The notes: generated by a model not told the origin, from the letters alone. DNA of 64,000 nucleotides from Paramoeba atlantica (GCA_977017575.1 CDRNVI010000164.1:248001-312000); one strand, 5' to 3'; counted from the stretch's first letter, positions 32,362-45,615 are shown. Program-made: numbers and translations.

Positions 32362-34582
32362 TCATTTCCACAATTGAACTGATTTTTGATCTGGTTCTGA
32401 AACCAAAACTGAACCAGATGAATGTACACCAACCCCAAAAGGATTCTTCATCTTCCCAAATCCAAAAGAAAAAAGAAAAGTTCCATCTTTCTCAAACACA
32501 CTCACTCTCCCATTTTCCCAATCACCAACAATAATTCGACCATTCCCATCAACATCAACACCCATTGGATTCTCCAATTGAGAATCTTTTGATCCTCTTT
32601 CTCCAAAAGTTCGAATAAAATTTCCTTCAATTCCCATCACTTGAATTCGATGATTGAAAGTATCTGAAATAACAAGATTACCATCTCCATCAACTACCAC
32701 ACAATGAGGATGGTCAAATTGACCTTCAGAAGAACCATGAGTCCCAAAATATCGAATAAAACATCCATCATAACTAAACACTTGAATTCGATGATTCAGA
32801 GTGTCAACAACAATAATTTGACCTTCTTCATCAACATCAATCCCACGTGGTTTGTTGAATTGACCAGGTTGAGAACCTTTACATCCAAATGATCTTATCA
32901 AACTACCTTCTTTGTTCAACACCATCACTTTCGATTGTAGTTGGTTGAGACATACAATTTCATCATTCAACCCAATTGCAACATCAACAAAAGATCCATC
33001 AACTTTGAGAGTTTGAATCAAAGATCCTTCTTTGTTTCTAATTCCTAACTTCCTTTCTTCACGACAAACAATAAAGTTACCATCAATGTTCTCAACAATT
33101 CCCCAAGGTTTTTCATCACAACAAAAGGAAGAAATAAATTCCATTCGATTACCAATCACTCCTTTCTTTTTTCGATTCAAAAGTGAAACATCAAGTTCAT
33201 CAATAAGATCATTCGCAATTTGAAGAAAAGTTGAAAAGAGATCTTCATCAAAAAGAGAATCAGTTGTTGGAGTTTGAGACAATCTAAGAATTGTATCACA
33301 CCTCATTCTCAAATCAACTTTCTCTAAATCTAAATCTTTCTTCATCACTTTCTTGTTCATTAATTTCTCTTCTAATTCTTGAATCTCTTGTTTTACTTTT
33401 CTTGTTTCCTTTTCAACAAACTCCAATCTCTTTTCCAATCCAACTCCAATCTTCAAAATCTCATTCCTCTTTCTCAAAACACTCTCTTCTAACGAGAAAA
33501 CATTCTGTTGATGTTCATTGTGAACCCCAAGAACACATTCCAAACAAACAAAAAGAGAACACTCAAAACAAAACCCACTCAAATTCTCAGATGGGTGAGT
33601 TAAACAGTGTTTCTTTTTCAAACTTTCTAATCCCTCATCATTCCCAAGTTGTTGGTTTCTTCTTCCTTCTTGTTGTTGTTGGTTTTGTTGGTTTTCACGT
33701 TTGTGGTTTCGAGAGAAAATATTGGAGGAATGAGATTGTTCACAAGAATCACAAATGAACAATTCACATTTCAAACAATACATTGAAGTTCGTTCTCCAC
33801 ACCTTTCGAAATTCACACATTCTTTCGTTTCATCTGTTTGTTGGTTAAGGGGGAATTTTCTTTGTTTTTATGTTTTCGTGTTTGTTGTTTGTGGAACAAT
33901 TGTTTTGTGGTGTGTGGTGAGGTGAGGTGGTGAGGCAAGAAAAAGAAAAAGAAAGGAAAGAAAAACATGGAGTTGGAGGAATACAGAAAGAAGAAATCTT
34001 TGAAGATTCAATCACATCAATCGTTTCAGGAATTAAATAATTGGAATCAAATGATTCAATTGTCTCACATCTTCCTCCTCCTTCTCCTTCAATCTCTTTT
34101 CGACAAACTGGACAACATCTCTTCTTCTTCTCACCATCACTCAAACAACAACTTGAACTTGAAGAAGAAGAAGAAGAAGGACCACTAACTTGAAGAGGAG
34201 AAAGAAAAAGATTGGGACCACCAGCGCCATCACCACCATCGCCATCACCACCATCACCACCATCACCACTCTCAGAAGTTGAAGTTGAAGTTTGTTGAGA
34301 GGAGAAGAAGAGTTTGTTGAGACAATCAGAGCAAAAAGAGTGGCCACAAGGTAACGATCTCGGTTCCTTTTCCCATCTCATCATTTCAAAACAAATCAAA
34401 CATTCAAACCCTCTCCTTTCTTCACACTCTTTCCTTTCTGTTTCTTCTTCTTCTTCTTCTTCTTTTCCTTTTTCAACTAACTTCTCTTCCTTCTTTCTCT
34501 TGGTCTTTTCTCCCTCCTTCTCTCCCTTCTTTCTCTTCTTCTCTTCTCCTTGTTCAGTTTTCACTCGTTTCCTCTTTCCCAT
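32362..34582 (-). CDS. TRIM-NHL E3 ligase, copy 3, 2 exons
   Basis: Same architecture; ATG at 34582; ORFs 33845-34708 and 32362-33816. Confidence 0.9.
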
Positions 34583-34798
34583 TTTTTCACAACACAATTC
34601 CCAATTTTGGTTGACAACAAAAAACAACTCAAAACAACAGAAAGAAGACGAGAAGAAGGTTACCACAACACAAACAACAAACAACAAACAACAAACAACA
34701 AACAACAAACAACGAACAGAAAAAAAGAAACCCAGATTTTAGCCCAAAATTGAAAGGTGTCCTTTTGGCGGTTTTTGGTGAAACTTGTTTTTCTTTTG

Positions 34799-36900
34799 AT
34801 GGCTGAGAACAGAAAAAGGAAGAGAGATGATGAGAGTTGCGAGAGTCCAATGAGAAAAGGAAAAGAAGAAGTGGGCGATGAAGAGGAAGGTTCTTCTCAA
34901 AGTCCAGCGAATGAACAGGACGGGTTTCAGTGTGGAGTTTGTTTGGAGATTATGACGTGGGAGAGAACCCCTCGTCTTCTCCCTTGTGGACACACTTTCT
35001 GTACTGAATGTTTAAACGGTATTATTCGAACAAATGAAGACGAAGGGGACGATATAAATCGAGGGGGAAAGAGAAGGAGAAGTGAAAATCACAGTAGTGA
35101 AAGTCTGAGTAGCAGTAGTAGTGGAAGTGAGAGCAGTCAGGGGAGCGAAAGCAGTCAGGGAAGCCAGGGTAGTCAAGGGAGTTTGTCTCAGAGTTTGAAT
35201 GATAGTGAGAGTGGTGGATCAGGTTCTTGTCCTTTTTGTCGAGCACCATTTGAATTTGATTCAATGGAATCTCTTGTGATCAATCATTTGGTTCCTGAGA
35301 CGATCGATATTCTTGTATCTTCACAAATCTTGACTTTCTCTGGTAAATTTTTCAAATTGGTTCATTTGGCTTTCTTCCTTTTCCTTGAATTAACAAAAAG
35401 AAAACAGAAGAACAGGATTGTGATAATTCAGAAATCTGTGGACAAAAAACAAAAATGTTTTGTCCCCAATGCAATCTCTTCATCTGCGATATCTGCGAAT
35501 CATCACATATGGCAAACCGATTTAGTCGACATCACAAACGACAACATTATGACTATGGCCCAGATCGAATTGGCGATTCTACAACACACTCCATTGATTT
35601 AAAAAGAGGACCAGAATGTTCGGAACACCCCTCTGAAATCGTTATTGCCTATTGTTTTGAATGTTCTGTATTTGCTTGTGTTCGCTGTATACTCGGAGGT
35701 CATGAGGACCACAAAAATCAAGTTGTCCCGCTTGAAGAAAGTGTTCAACGACGACAAAATGAAGTTGAATCGATCCGAGCTGAAGTTGAAAAGAGATTGA
35801 CTGAAGTGAAAAAGAAGAAAGAGATCAACATTCGGGAACGGAGAGAGTTGGAAGCCAGGGTAATGAAAAAGCGCTCAGAAGGAAAGGAGTTGGGTTTTGA
35901 GATTGATGATTTAAAAATAAGAAATGATGCAATCTCTCGATTATCGAAAACAGCGAAATCATATTCGATTCTTGACGATCGTGTTTTTTCAACCATCCTC
36001 CAGACCGCAAAAGAGATTCTAAATGAACAAAGAATTACGGAAACTTTTTCTTCTCCCCCCAAAAGTGGGCTTGTTCGAACTAGTTCTGATGGAATTCGCT
36101 CAACTGCGCCTTTTGATTTGGAGGAATTAAAAGGAGAACCTTGGGGTGTCAGCGCGAATGGTGATGATCATTTTCTGGTGGCAGACGGAGGGAGGAATCA
36201 AGTCACGATTTGGACCAAAGATGGGACTTTTGTCAAAGCAATTGGCCCTGTGATCGACTATCCTTTAGATGTGGCTGTTGGTATCGATGAACAAGTTGTA
36301 ATTACTGATTGTGCAAATAGCCAAGTTTGGATTTTGAGTAAAGAGGGGGAACTTCTAAAAAAATTCGGGATGAAAGGATCGCAACCGGGTCAGTTCGATC
36401 AACCACATGGAGTAACTATTGATAAAGAAGGTCATATTATTGTCGCTGATAGTTCAAATCATCGGATCCAAATATTTCGAAGTGATGGGACTTTTATTCG
36501 ATGTTTTGGTTCGAAAGGCTCTCGTTCCAATCAGTTTAATTCGCCTCAAGGCGTTGCTGTAAGTGAGAATGGTGAACTCGTTATTTCTGACTGTGGGAAT
36601 CACCGAATTGTTATGGTGGATATTGAAGGGAAGTTCATTCGTACTTTTGGAAGCAAGGGTTCGAAACGGTCTCAATTGAAGAGTCCAAAAGGAGTCGCGA
36701 TCGATGGAGAAGGACGGATTGTTGTTGCGGAATTCGATAATGGGAGAGTGAGTGTCTTTGGGAATGACGGGTGTTTTCTTTTTTCTTTTGGTTCTTTAAT
36801 AACGTTTGGAAAACCATTTGGGGTTGCCATTGATCGGACCGGTTCGGTTCTTATTTCAGATCAAGGAAAGAGAAAGAAACCCCTTCAATTGTGGGAGTGA
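34799..36900 (+). CDS. TRIM-NHL E3 ligase, older divergent paralog, 2 exons
   Basis: MAENRKRKR; RING CGVCLE..PCGHTFCTEC...CPFC; phase-1 intron at about 35343-35407 at the homologous position; B-boxes; NHL repeats FDQPHGVTID, DSSNHRIQIF, FNSPQGVAV. Confidence 0.92.
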
Positions 36901-37302
36901 GAACAAAAAAAAAAAGATTCAAAAAAAAAAAGGAAAAAGGGAAAAAATATCAAATACTAAAGATTGATTCTCAATTTACGTTGTAAGTTTATTTAAAGAA
37001 GAAAATAAAACCAATTTGATCTCATTCGATCAGTCGAAATTCAAAAAAAATGGATGCAAAGGGCGAAAAAATGAATATTCCAAATAAGGATAAAAAGAGT
37101 TCTTTTCCCGAGAACCTTATTATTTATATAGAAAAGAAATGTTCTTCGCGGAATTGAGTTCGCTCTGTGTTGCGCGCTCACGCGGTTGTCACTTCTCCTC
37201 TCCTCTCTCTTTTCTCTTCTCTTCTCTCTGCCTGAGAGAAGACTCGACTCGATTTGAGAGTTTTTTTGTTAAGAACTTTTGGTTTTTTTAGGAGAGGAAA
37301 AA

Positions 37303-39926
37303 ATGTGTTGGTCTTATGAAGTTTCGTTGGTGACTGTTACCATTGTGGTTTCGTCAGTTGTTTTGATGTTCATCCGAAGGGCGAGCCGCCAGGATGTTGG
37401 CAATGCTCTCTGGTGTTCTGTTTTTGGTTCTATGCAAATTATTGACTTGCTTCTTTGGGTTTTTTTTTTTTTTTTTTTTTTTTTGTGGATTATTTTTGTG
37501 GATTTATGGTTTTTTTTTTTTTTTTGCCAATGATTCAAAGTTTCTTTTTTTCCCCCAAGATGGAAAACGATCAGGGAGATTTAAAGAGTTGTTCGATGAG
37601 TAACCAAAGAATTACTCGATACGGATTTTATATCATCTCACTCGAACCAATTGCTTCTCTCCTCTCTCGAATGTACATCAACAAACAATTTTACCCCAAG
37701 ACTTTGTTGGTGTACATCTTCTTCTTTATCATCTTGCCATGGATTGGGCGAGACTACCTCAATGATTGGTGTTCGGATACCTATTGTACACATCTTACAG
37801 AAGAAGGAAACTTGATTTTGGGGTTAGGGGTGGATGAAAAGAATGGTCTTGCGTGTTGGATGAAATATTTCTTCTTTGGTGAGCACCAAACAGAGATCCC
37901 TCTTCTCTTACGAGTTTTCTTTTTGGTGGGAATCTTTGCTCCTTTTCTGGGAGATGTCCCTCTCCTTAAAGGATTAATCCATGCATCTATCATCACAATT
38001 ACTTGGTTGATTGGCTTTTTTTCAGCTTCTCATGCCAGTGTTTGGTGTATGGCTAATGTGGCCCAATGTTTGTTGTGTGCTGTTGATCCTTATCTCTTTC
38101 CTCTTCATAAAGCAGGCAGTCCTGTCAATCGAGGAAAGAGAGGAGATATTCTTCAAGATAATTATTTAAAGAAGAAAGTGCCAGAAAATTTGGATGCGAT
38201 TGTTGTTGGGAGTGGAATTGGGGGATTGACCACTGCTGCAATGATGGCGAAGGCTGGCAAACGTGTTCTTGTTTTGGAGCAACATTATCGAGCTGGAGGA
38301 GCAACACATACTTTCGATGAATTTGGAAATCTTTTCGATTCTGGGATTCATTATGTTGGAGCCAACGATTTCTGTGTTCCCATTCTCGGATTGATTGGAG
38401 ATGTTCCCGTTAAATGGAGTCAGATGGGGAAAAAGGAAGATGATTTTTGTTATGATGAGTTCGATCTTGGTGACCCCAATGATCTTTATCGATACCGAAA
38501 GGGAAGAGAAGCGATCATGGAAGAATTATTGACTCGTTTCCCCCACGAAAAGGAAGGAATCAAAGCCTATTTCAAAAACCTTGGGAATGCTCAGATGGCT
38601 ACTTACTCTTTCGCTATTCTCAAAATCCTCCCCTTGAGTTGGCAAAATAGTTTCGTTGGACGATGGCTCTTCTCTCTCTTTCTCTCAAAAGCAGCCGATC
38701 GATCAGCCACAGAAGAGGTTGAAAAATTCATCAAAGACCCAAAATTACGAGCTCTTTTGTCTGGAGGCCAATTAATTGATTGGAATTTGGCTCCTGATCG
38801 TACTTCTTGGTGGGTTGTGGCTTCGATGATGAGTTATTATTTTGATGGAGGATTTTACCCTGTTGGAGGATCCCAAACTATTGCTCAATCTATCATTCCG
38901 ACGATCGAGAAAAGTGGTGGTCGTGTTCTTACCAATGTTCGAGTTGAAGAGTTTGTTATGTCTGATGATGAAGAAGCTGTGATTGGTATTCGTCTTCATA
39001 ATGGAGATGAAATCTCTGCCCCAATTGTTATCTCTGATGCTGGAGCAACAAATACTTATGCCAAATTGTTGCCATTGTCTGCTTTGAAGAAAAAAGGATT
39101 GGATCTTTCCAAGTTGGAGAAAATTCAACCCTCGAATGGACACATGACCGCTTTTGTGAACTTCGATGGACCATCTTCAAAATTCGATTTACGTCCAGCT
39201 AATATCCATTCCTTTGGTGATCTCCCAAAATTCGATTACTCCATTTCTGAAATGCAGAGAGCTCTTTATCGAGACCAAAAAAAATATCGAGATGGTTGTT
39301 TAATTACTCTCACTTCTCCTTCTGCAAAAGATCCTGAATATGAGAAAATGTTTCCTGGATGTTCAAATGTGTTGTTGTTGGCAGAGGGGAAGTATGAGTG
39401 GTTTGAAGAGATGGGTCCACAGATCCATGGCGAGCGAACTGAGTCTTATCTTCAATTTAAGAAAGGTTTTTTGTTTTTTCATTTTTTTTTGCTTTGATTT
39501 TTTTTGAGGGGGTTCTTCTGTTATTTTTCTTCTATGTTCCTCTTTGTGATTGATTTTTTTCATTTTTAAATAAAATCAGAATGGGAAGAAGTCTTCCTCA
39601 ACCGACTCTACACTTTCTTCCCCAAAACAAAAGACCACATCACCAGAATTGAGATCGGAACTCCCCTCTCGACAGAACATTTCCTTGCAGCAGACAAAGG
39701 AGGTTCCTATGGACTTGAATGGACTCCTGAACGTTTCAATCTCCCTCTTCTTTCTGATTTCTTTCATGCCCAAAGTCGTTTCTCCGGTTTGTATTTGACT
39801 GGAGAGGCTTCTCTCTTTGGTGGGTTCTGTGGGGCTATGGTCTCTGGTATTATCTCTGCTTATCATGTTTTGGGTCTTCGTGAGTTTTTGAAAGTGATTC
39901 TGTTTCATCATGGTCATGCAGATTAG
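37303..39926 (+). CDS. Multi-pass membrane domain fused to RETSAT/phytoene-desaturase-like FAD oxidoreductase, 3 exons
   Basis: N-terminus MCWSYEVSL..MQIIDLLLW plus several hydrophobic helices; then VPENLDAIVVGSGIGGLTTAA..KRVLVLEQHYRAGGATHTF, FDSGIHYVG, GTPLSTEHFL..GGSYGL, LYLTG; stop TAG at 39926. Confidence 0.85.
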
Positions 39927-40216
39927 CTTCTCTTCACTCTCTCTCTCTCTCTCTTTCTCTCTCATCAACTTTATTCTCGCATTCTCCCTCTCGATTCAGT
40001 TGGTTCTGTGTTGCTGAGAAAAAACAAAATCGGAAAGATTCAAAAAAAATTAAAAATAAAACTTTTTCTTGTATTAAATATCATTAAATTACGTTTGTGT
40101 TGGTCAGGAAAGGGGAATGATTTGCTCTTTGGTTCCTTGGCTCTTTGGTTCTGTTCAAAATTTCTTGTGCACAAAATCAAAATGCAAGTTTTCAAAGATT
40201 TTTTTGAAACACACTC

Positions 40217-43200
40217 TCAAGGTGGTGGTGGTTCTTCTGTTTTTGCAGGTGTATTTTCAACTGCTCTTCTCAAAGCTTTTCTCACAGATGCAATAATGAT
40301 TGGTTTGGTCACAAATCCTTCCATTCCTAATGTTAAGAAACATTAAGAACAGAGAAATTGAGAAGAAGAAGAAAAAAAAAAAGAGAAATGAAAAAGAAAA
40401 AAAAAAAGGGGAAAACAAAACAAAACAAAAGAGAGAAGATAAAGAAAAAAAAAAGAAAAATCAAAGAAAAATCAAAGAAAAAAAAACCTGCTTCTCGACA
40501 TCTCTTTTCATTGGATTCTTCGATATCAGCTGTCAATGCAATAATTGGAGTTTCACAATTCAAACAAGAAGAATTTTCACGAATTGCTTTCGAAGCTTGG
40601 AATCCATCAATATTAGGCATGTTACAATCCATAAAAATCACATCAAATTTCTCTTGTTTTGAGATTGCAATAGCCTGTTTATTTTTGTTTTTATTGTTGT
40701 TGTGTTAATTCAAAATGAAGAAAACAGAAGAATAAAAAAAGAAAACAGAAGAATAATAAAAAAAAGAGATTTTACAAAAAAAAAAGAAAAAGAAAAAGAA
40801 AAAGAAAAAGAAAAAGAAAAGAAAAAAAACCTGTTCCCCACTTGAGACGACAGTAACTTGATGAGAATCTCTCATTAACATCCGCTGAATCACCAATTGA
40901 TTCACTTCATTATCATCCACAGCCAATATCTTTTGTGGAGCAACTGTTTTCCCAAATCAAAAATGAATAAATAAATAAAAATAAATAAAAATAAATAAAA
41001 TAAATAAATAAAAAATAAATCAATTTGCCACAAAAAAAAAAAAAACACAAAAACAAAAACAAAAACAAAAACAAAAACAAAAACAAAAACAAAAACAAAA
41101 ACAAAAAAACAAAAACAAAACTTCGATCAAGACATCTCGATTTTTTCTTTCGAATTTTCCGATCAATTCTGACTCCAGGAGTAGAATTGCTCCGAGTATG
41201 AGGACTCTCTCTTTTCAAATCCTTTTCTTCTCTTGCGATCGCTTCTGAAGCTGATAGAACTGGAGTCTCAAGAGAATGGAGTGATACAAGTGGAAGAGGA
41301 TCATCAGAGTATTTACTCCTTTCTTCTTTTGGATCTTCTGATAAAGGAAGAAAGCTCGAAACTCTTTTAATAAAATCTTCGATTGGCCTTGTGAAAAGAA
41401 GTTAGATTCTCAATATTTTGTGGAAACAAAAAAAGGATTTAAAAAAATGTTTCTTTTATCAAAAAAAAAAAAGAATAAAAATAAACCAGCCAGTGTCTTC
41501 ATCAGACAAGTAAACAGGAATCGAAAAAGTGAATGTTGAACCAACTCCAACTTCACTTTCCACCCACAATTCTCCACACATCAACTCAATAAGCTGTCAA
41601 CAAAAAAAGGAAAAAAGTATTAAAGAATAAAAAAGGTGGAAAAATATTGAAATTGGTCAAAAAAAAAAGAAAGAAACACTGACCTTTTTGGAAATTGCTA
41701 ATCCAAGACCTGTTCCTCCATAAACTCGATTCACAGATGAATCAACTTGTTCAAATTTCGCAAAAAGAGCATCTTTCCTTTCTATTGGAATCCCAATCCC
41801 TTTTGTAATATTTGTGTGAATTAAAATTTGTTTTTTTTTTCGAAAATTCCAAAAATAAATTTTCGTTTTCTTGCTCCATTTCTCCAAAACAAACAAAACA
41901 AAACAAAACGAAAAAAAAAAAATTTGAAAAAAGAAAACCTGTATCTGCCACACTCATTTTTAACACCCCAACTTCTCGATTGGTTCCAATATTTGGTTCA
42001 GAACTTGAGATATATCTGTTGTGGAGTCTTATTTCAGGTTGAGAAATCCAATATTCTTCTTCAGGAGATGTCTGTATTTAATTGAAAGTTGAGAAAAAGA
42101 ATTTGAAAAAAAGAAAATGAAAAGAAAAATGAAAAAAAAGTGAAAAAAGTGAAAAAAAAAAGAATTACCAAAACTTTAGCTGAAAGGGAAATTCTCCCAT
42201 TTTCAGGTGTAAACTTTACAGCATTCGACAAAAAATTCATCAAAATTTGTCCAACTCTTGTTTCATCCATTAAAATTCCTTTTCATGAAAAAAAAAAGAA
42301 AGAAAAAGAAAAAGGAAAAGTTGTTAGATTTCATATTTTTCGTAAATGTGAATGAAAAAAACCAAAAAAAGAAGTGTTTTTTAATTACTTTGATCATCAA
42401 TATCAGAAACTATTGTCACATTCTTTTGAGCTGCTTTGTTTTGAACAGTCGAAATTGTTGCATTCACTACTCGTTCCACTTTCGCTTCAGTTGTGCAGAT
42501 CCTTGTCTGTGAATCAAAAAAGAAAAAAAAAAAAGGGAAAACAATATTTTCATCAATAAACTTGAAAAGATAAGTTTCTTTTCAAAAGAAGAAGAAAAAG
42601 AAAAAACCTGATTTGCTTCAAGTTTCGAAAAATCTAAAATATCATTCACAAGTGCAAGGAGTATCTTTGTACATGATTGAAGTTGATCAAATTCTATTTG
42701 ATTTTGTTCTAAAACCTAGTTTTTTTTATGTTCAATTAAATAATAATAAAAAATATCAAATTAAAAAAAGAAAGAAAAAGAAAAAGAAAAATACAAAACT
42801 GACTGAGGAAGGGTATGAACAAGAATATCAGTTGTACCAAGAACTCCATTGAGAGGTGTTCGAATTTCATGACTCATATTTGAGACAAAATCTGTTTTCG
42901 CTTGATATGCCTGTTTATCTTTTTGTTAAAAACACTAACACAACAATTTTATTATTTCTCTCCAAAAAATAAAACTCTAAAAAATAAAAAAATAAGAAAA
43001 AAAGAAACAAATAAGAAAAAAAAAAAACCATCATTGCTTGTTCTCCCAATATTCGTTGTTCTGCTAAACTTTGCTTCAACTTAGCAGCTGTTTTCGAGTT
43101 TCTGTGGAATGCATAAAACACCACAGCAAATAAAATTGTCACAACAACAGACAAAACCAATCCCATGATGAGGATCACCATGTCATCTGATGAGTCAATC

Positions 43201-45063
43201 GCTTCATCAAATCTTAAAATTGAGAAAGATCAGAAAAACCGGGTTTACTCAGGATTGGAATAAAAAAAATAAATAAATCAAAAAAAAAAAAGAAGAACTC
43301 TTTAGTGGGATAAATAATTATTTCCCAAAATCGATCATTTGCATAAAAACCTCCAACATACTTGGATGATTTGAGGGTATCAGAACGATTGTCAGCATAC
43401 AATTCTACTTTGTTTTCTGGATCTATTAAAATTAAAATTGTCAGAAATCCAAAATTGCAATGATTCAAAATAAAGTGAAAACAAACCAGATGTATCATAA
43501 ATTCGGACATCAAGATTACTCCCTCCCTTTGCCAACTTCGAAGCATTCACAAAATCACCCACTCGAATTACTAGCACAACAAAACCTAATAAGTCTGGGC
43601 GAGTGAGGGGATCTGTTGGATCGAATCGACTTGAATTTGTTTCTGTGAGATAAGAAGAAAAAACTGGAGAGATCGAAAGGATTCCAGACTGTTTATTGAA
43701 AGATGTTAAGACAAGTTGAAAATAGGTGAAAGAAAAAGAAGATGGAAAAGAAAAAAGACCTGTGATCCAGTTTCTTGAACAAGGGTAATTTTTTCAGTTG
43801 ATACAGGTAAACTAGTGTTTGCTGCTTTTACTAAAGCATCACGTCTTGAAGGGTTACTATTCAAATCAAATCCAGCAGCTAAGAAAATGGTCAATAAGTT
43901 GAGCAACACAAAAGAAAGTTTGTTCGATTGGTTTTTGTTTTTTTTGTTGTTTCTATTTCCTCTTTCTTTCTTTTCTTGCGAGTTTCTTCACCAACGCCAA
44001 TTCTCCTTTTCTCTCCACCCCTGACCCAAAACAGCCAACAAAAACGCACATATCAATTAGAAAGGAAATGAAACCGAGTCGATTTGGTTCCAATGGATCA
44101 ACATAATAAACAGGAAAATAATATGGTTGAGTTGTACGAGGAACCACACCATCTTCAGTGCTTTCAGTAAAAACATAACCAGGGATATCCAATTCCATTG
44201 CAGCACTTTCTTCAAATCCTTTTCTGTCTTCCTCCCAAACTCGAGGAATATACTCCCATGCCTCAAAAAGAAATTGTTTCAAAAGAAAGTTTTCTTCTTG
44301 TAGTAAAAAAGAAAGGAACCTGAATTTGACTATGGCCATTGTTGCGAAGAGCGAGAGAATCTTGTAATGGGAGAGTAAAATTTGTAAAATTGGATCTTGC
44401 TAAGAGAAGAGGATCGAAGGTGAGCACCAATTGACGACATGAAACCTGTTTAGTGTGTGTGTGTTGGTTAAAAAATATGATGATGATTTTTTTTTCTTTC
44501 AAATCTCCCAAACAGAACAGAACCTCAAGAAGTTCTAAAAGCTCCCATGAAGATCCCAGGACAAAACTCATTGATTCTGCCCTCTCTTGAAATATAGTCT
44601 CCGCTAAATCATTATGTTCTGTTTGAGCAACCAAATAGACACCTATTGTGATTCCAATCTACAAAAAGAAGGTCTGTTTAGGAATTTGTTGATTGTTTTT
44701 TGTTTTTTTTTTAACGACAAACCATCAAAGAAAAGATCACAAAGAGAGCCAATAAATAGAGGAGAATGCTTTTGTGTTTCTTCAAAAACGAATTTCTTTT
44801 TTTTAGAGAAAAGGACATGTGAGGAACGTTTTTCAAAAACAAAAAAAAACAGAAAAAAAAAAAGAACTTTTGTTGTTGGGTTGGTTCGTCTTTCGAGTCC
44901 GAGCTCTCGTTTTCTGCCGCTTCATATTCACCAAAACCTTCCTGTCCGACAAAACAAAGTGAGAATTCGCCTGCTCGATCTTCCAAAAACAAAGAAAGAA
45001 GAAAACCTTCCAATGACCTTGCCCCAAAGGTCTGTCTTGTGTCAACTCGACCTCAACATCCAT
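40217..45063 (-). CDS. Hybrid sensor histidine kinase (TM-CHASE-TM-HisKA-HATPase-REC), copy L
   Basis: ATG 45063 MDVEVEL; [34 protein letters not shown]; H-box [14 protein letters not shown]; N-box [14 protein letters not shown]; DTG and GGTGLGLAI; [28 protein letters not shown]. Confidence 0.93.
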
Positions 45064-45360
45064 AACCAGCCAGTTTTATCCACAGCGCGAAACCACCCAG
45101 AAACCACACAGAAAACACAAAAAACGAAAAATAAAAGAGGAAAAAAAGGAAAACCACACAGAATTTTTCTTAATATGGACCCGAAAAAGATAGAAGTCCA
45201 GAATTCTCATCGAAATTTCGATGATTTAGGGACACCAAAAAAAGAGAAGGAGACACCACACGATCGTTCCCTTTCGGATTATTTGGGGTTCTTTTGTATC
45301 AGCAGATCACCTGTTTTGTGTCCGAGCAAATTCTTTGGAATGGTTTCGACAAATCAAATT

Positions 45361-45615
45361 TTTTGAAATCATCACCCCCCCTCTTCCTTCTGATCATTCT
45401 CCGATTCAATTTCCCTTTGTATTCTTGATTCTTTTGGAAGGACACTTTTTTTTAGAAACCAGATTCTTGTGTCCGAATCTTGTGTCCTGTTTTTGCGTCT
45501 GAGTGTGGTGGTTTTCTTTTCGAGATTGGTCTATCAGATATGGTTCCTCCACATCGGGTTTTTTGAAATCACCACCCCCGTCATTTCCTTCTGATCCTTC
45601 TCCGATCCAATTTCC
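45361..45615. repeat. About 55 bp imperfect direct repeat in the intergenic region shared by the two kinases
   Basis: TTTTGAAATCA[TC]CACCCCC..TTCCTTCTGATC[AC]TTCTCCGAT[TC]CAATTTCC at 45361 and 45561 (200 bp offset). Confidence 0.8.

Larger units (their letters stand above)
21120..34740. repeat. Tandem segmental duplication: three TRIM-NHL units with composite spacers
   Basis: Gene stops at 21146, 26596 and 32362 (periods 5450 and 5766 bp); spacers 23365-26595 and 28820-32361 share blocks including tRNA-Gly cassettes. Confidence 0.95.

Noticed and set aside
44614-45366. 250 aa plus-strand ORF
   Set aside because: Antisense to the first exons and introns of kinase copy L; its K/R/N-rich composition reflects poly-A tracts and it has no recognisable motif.
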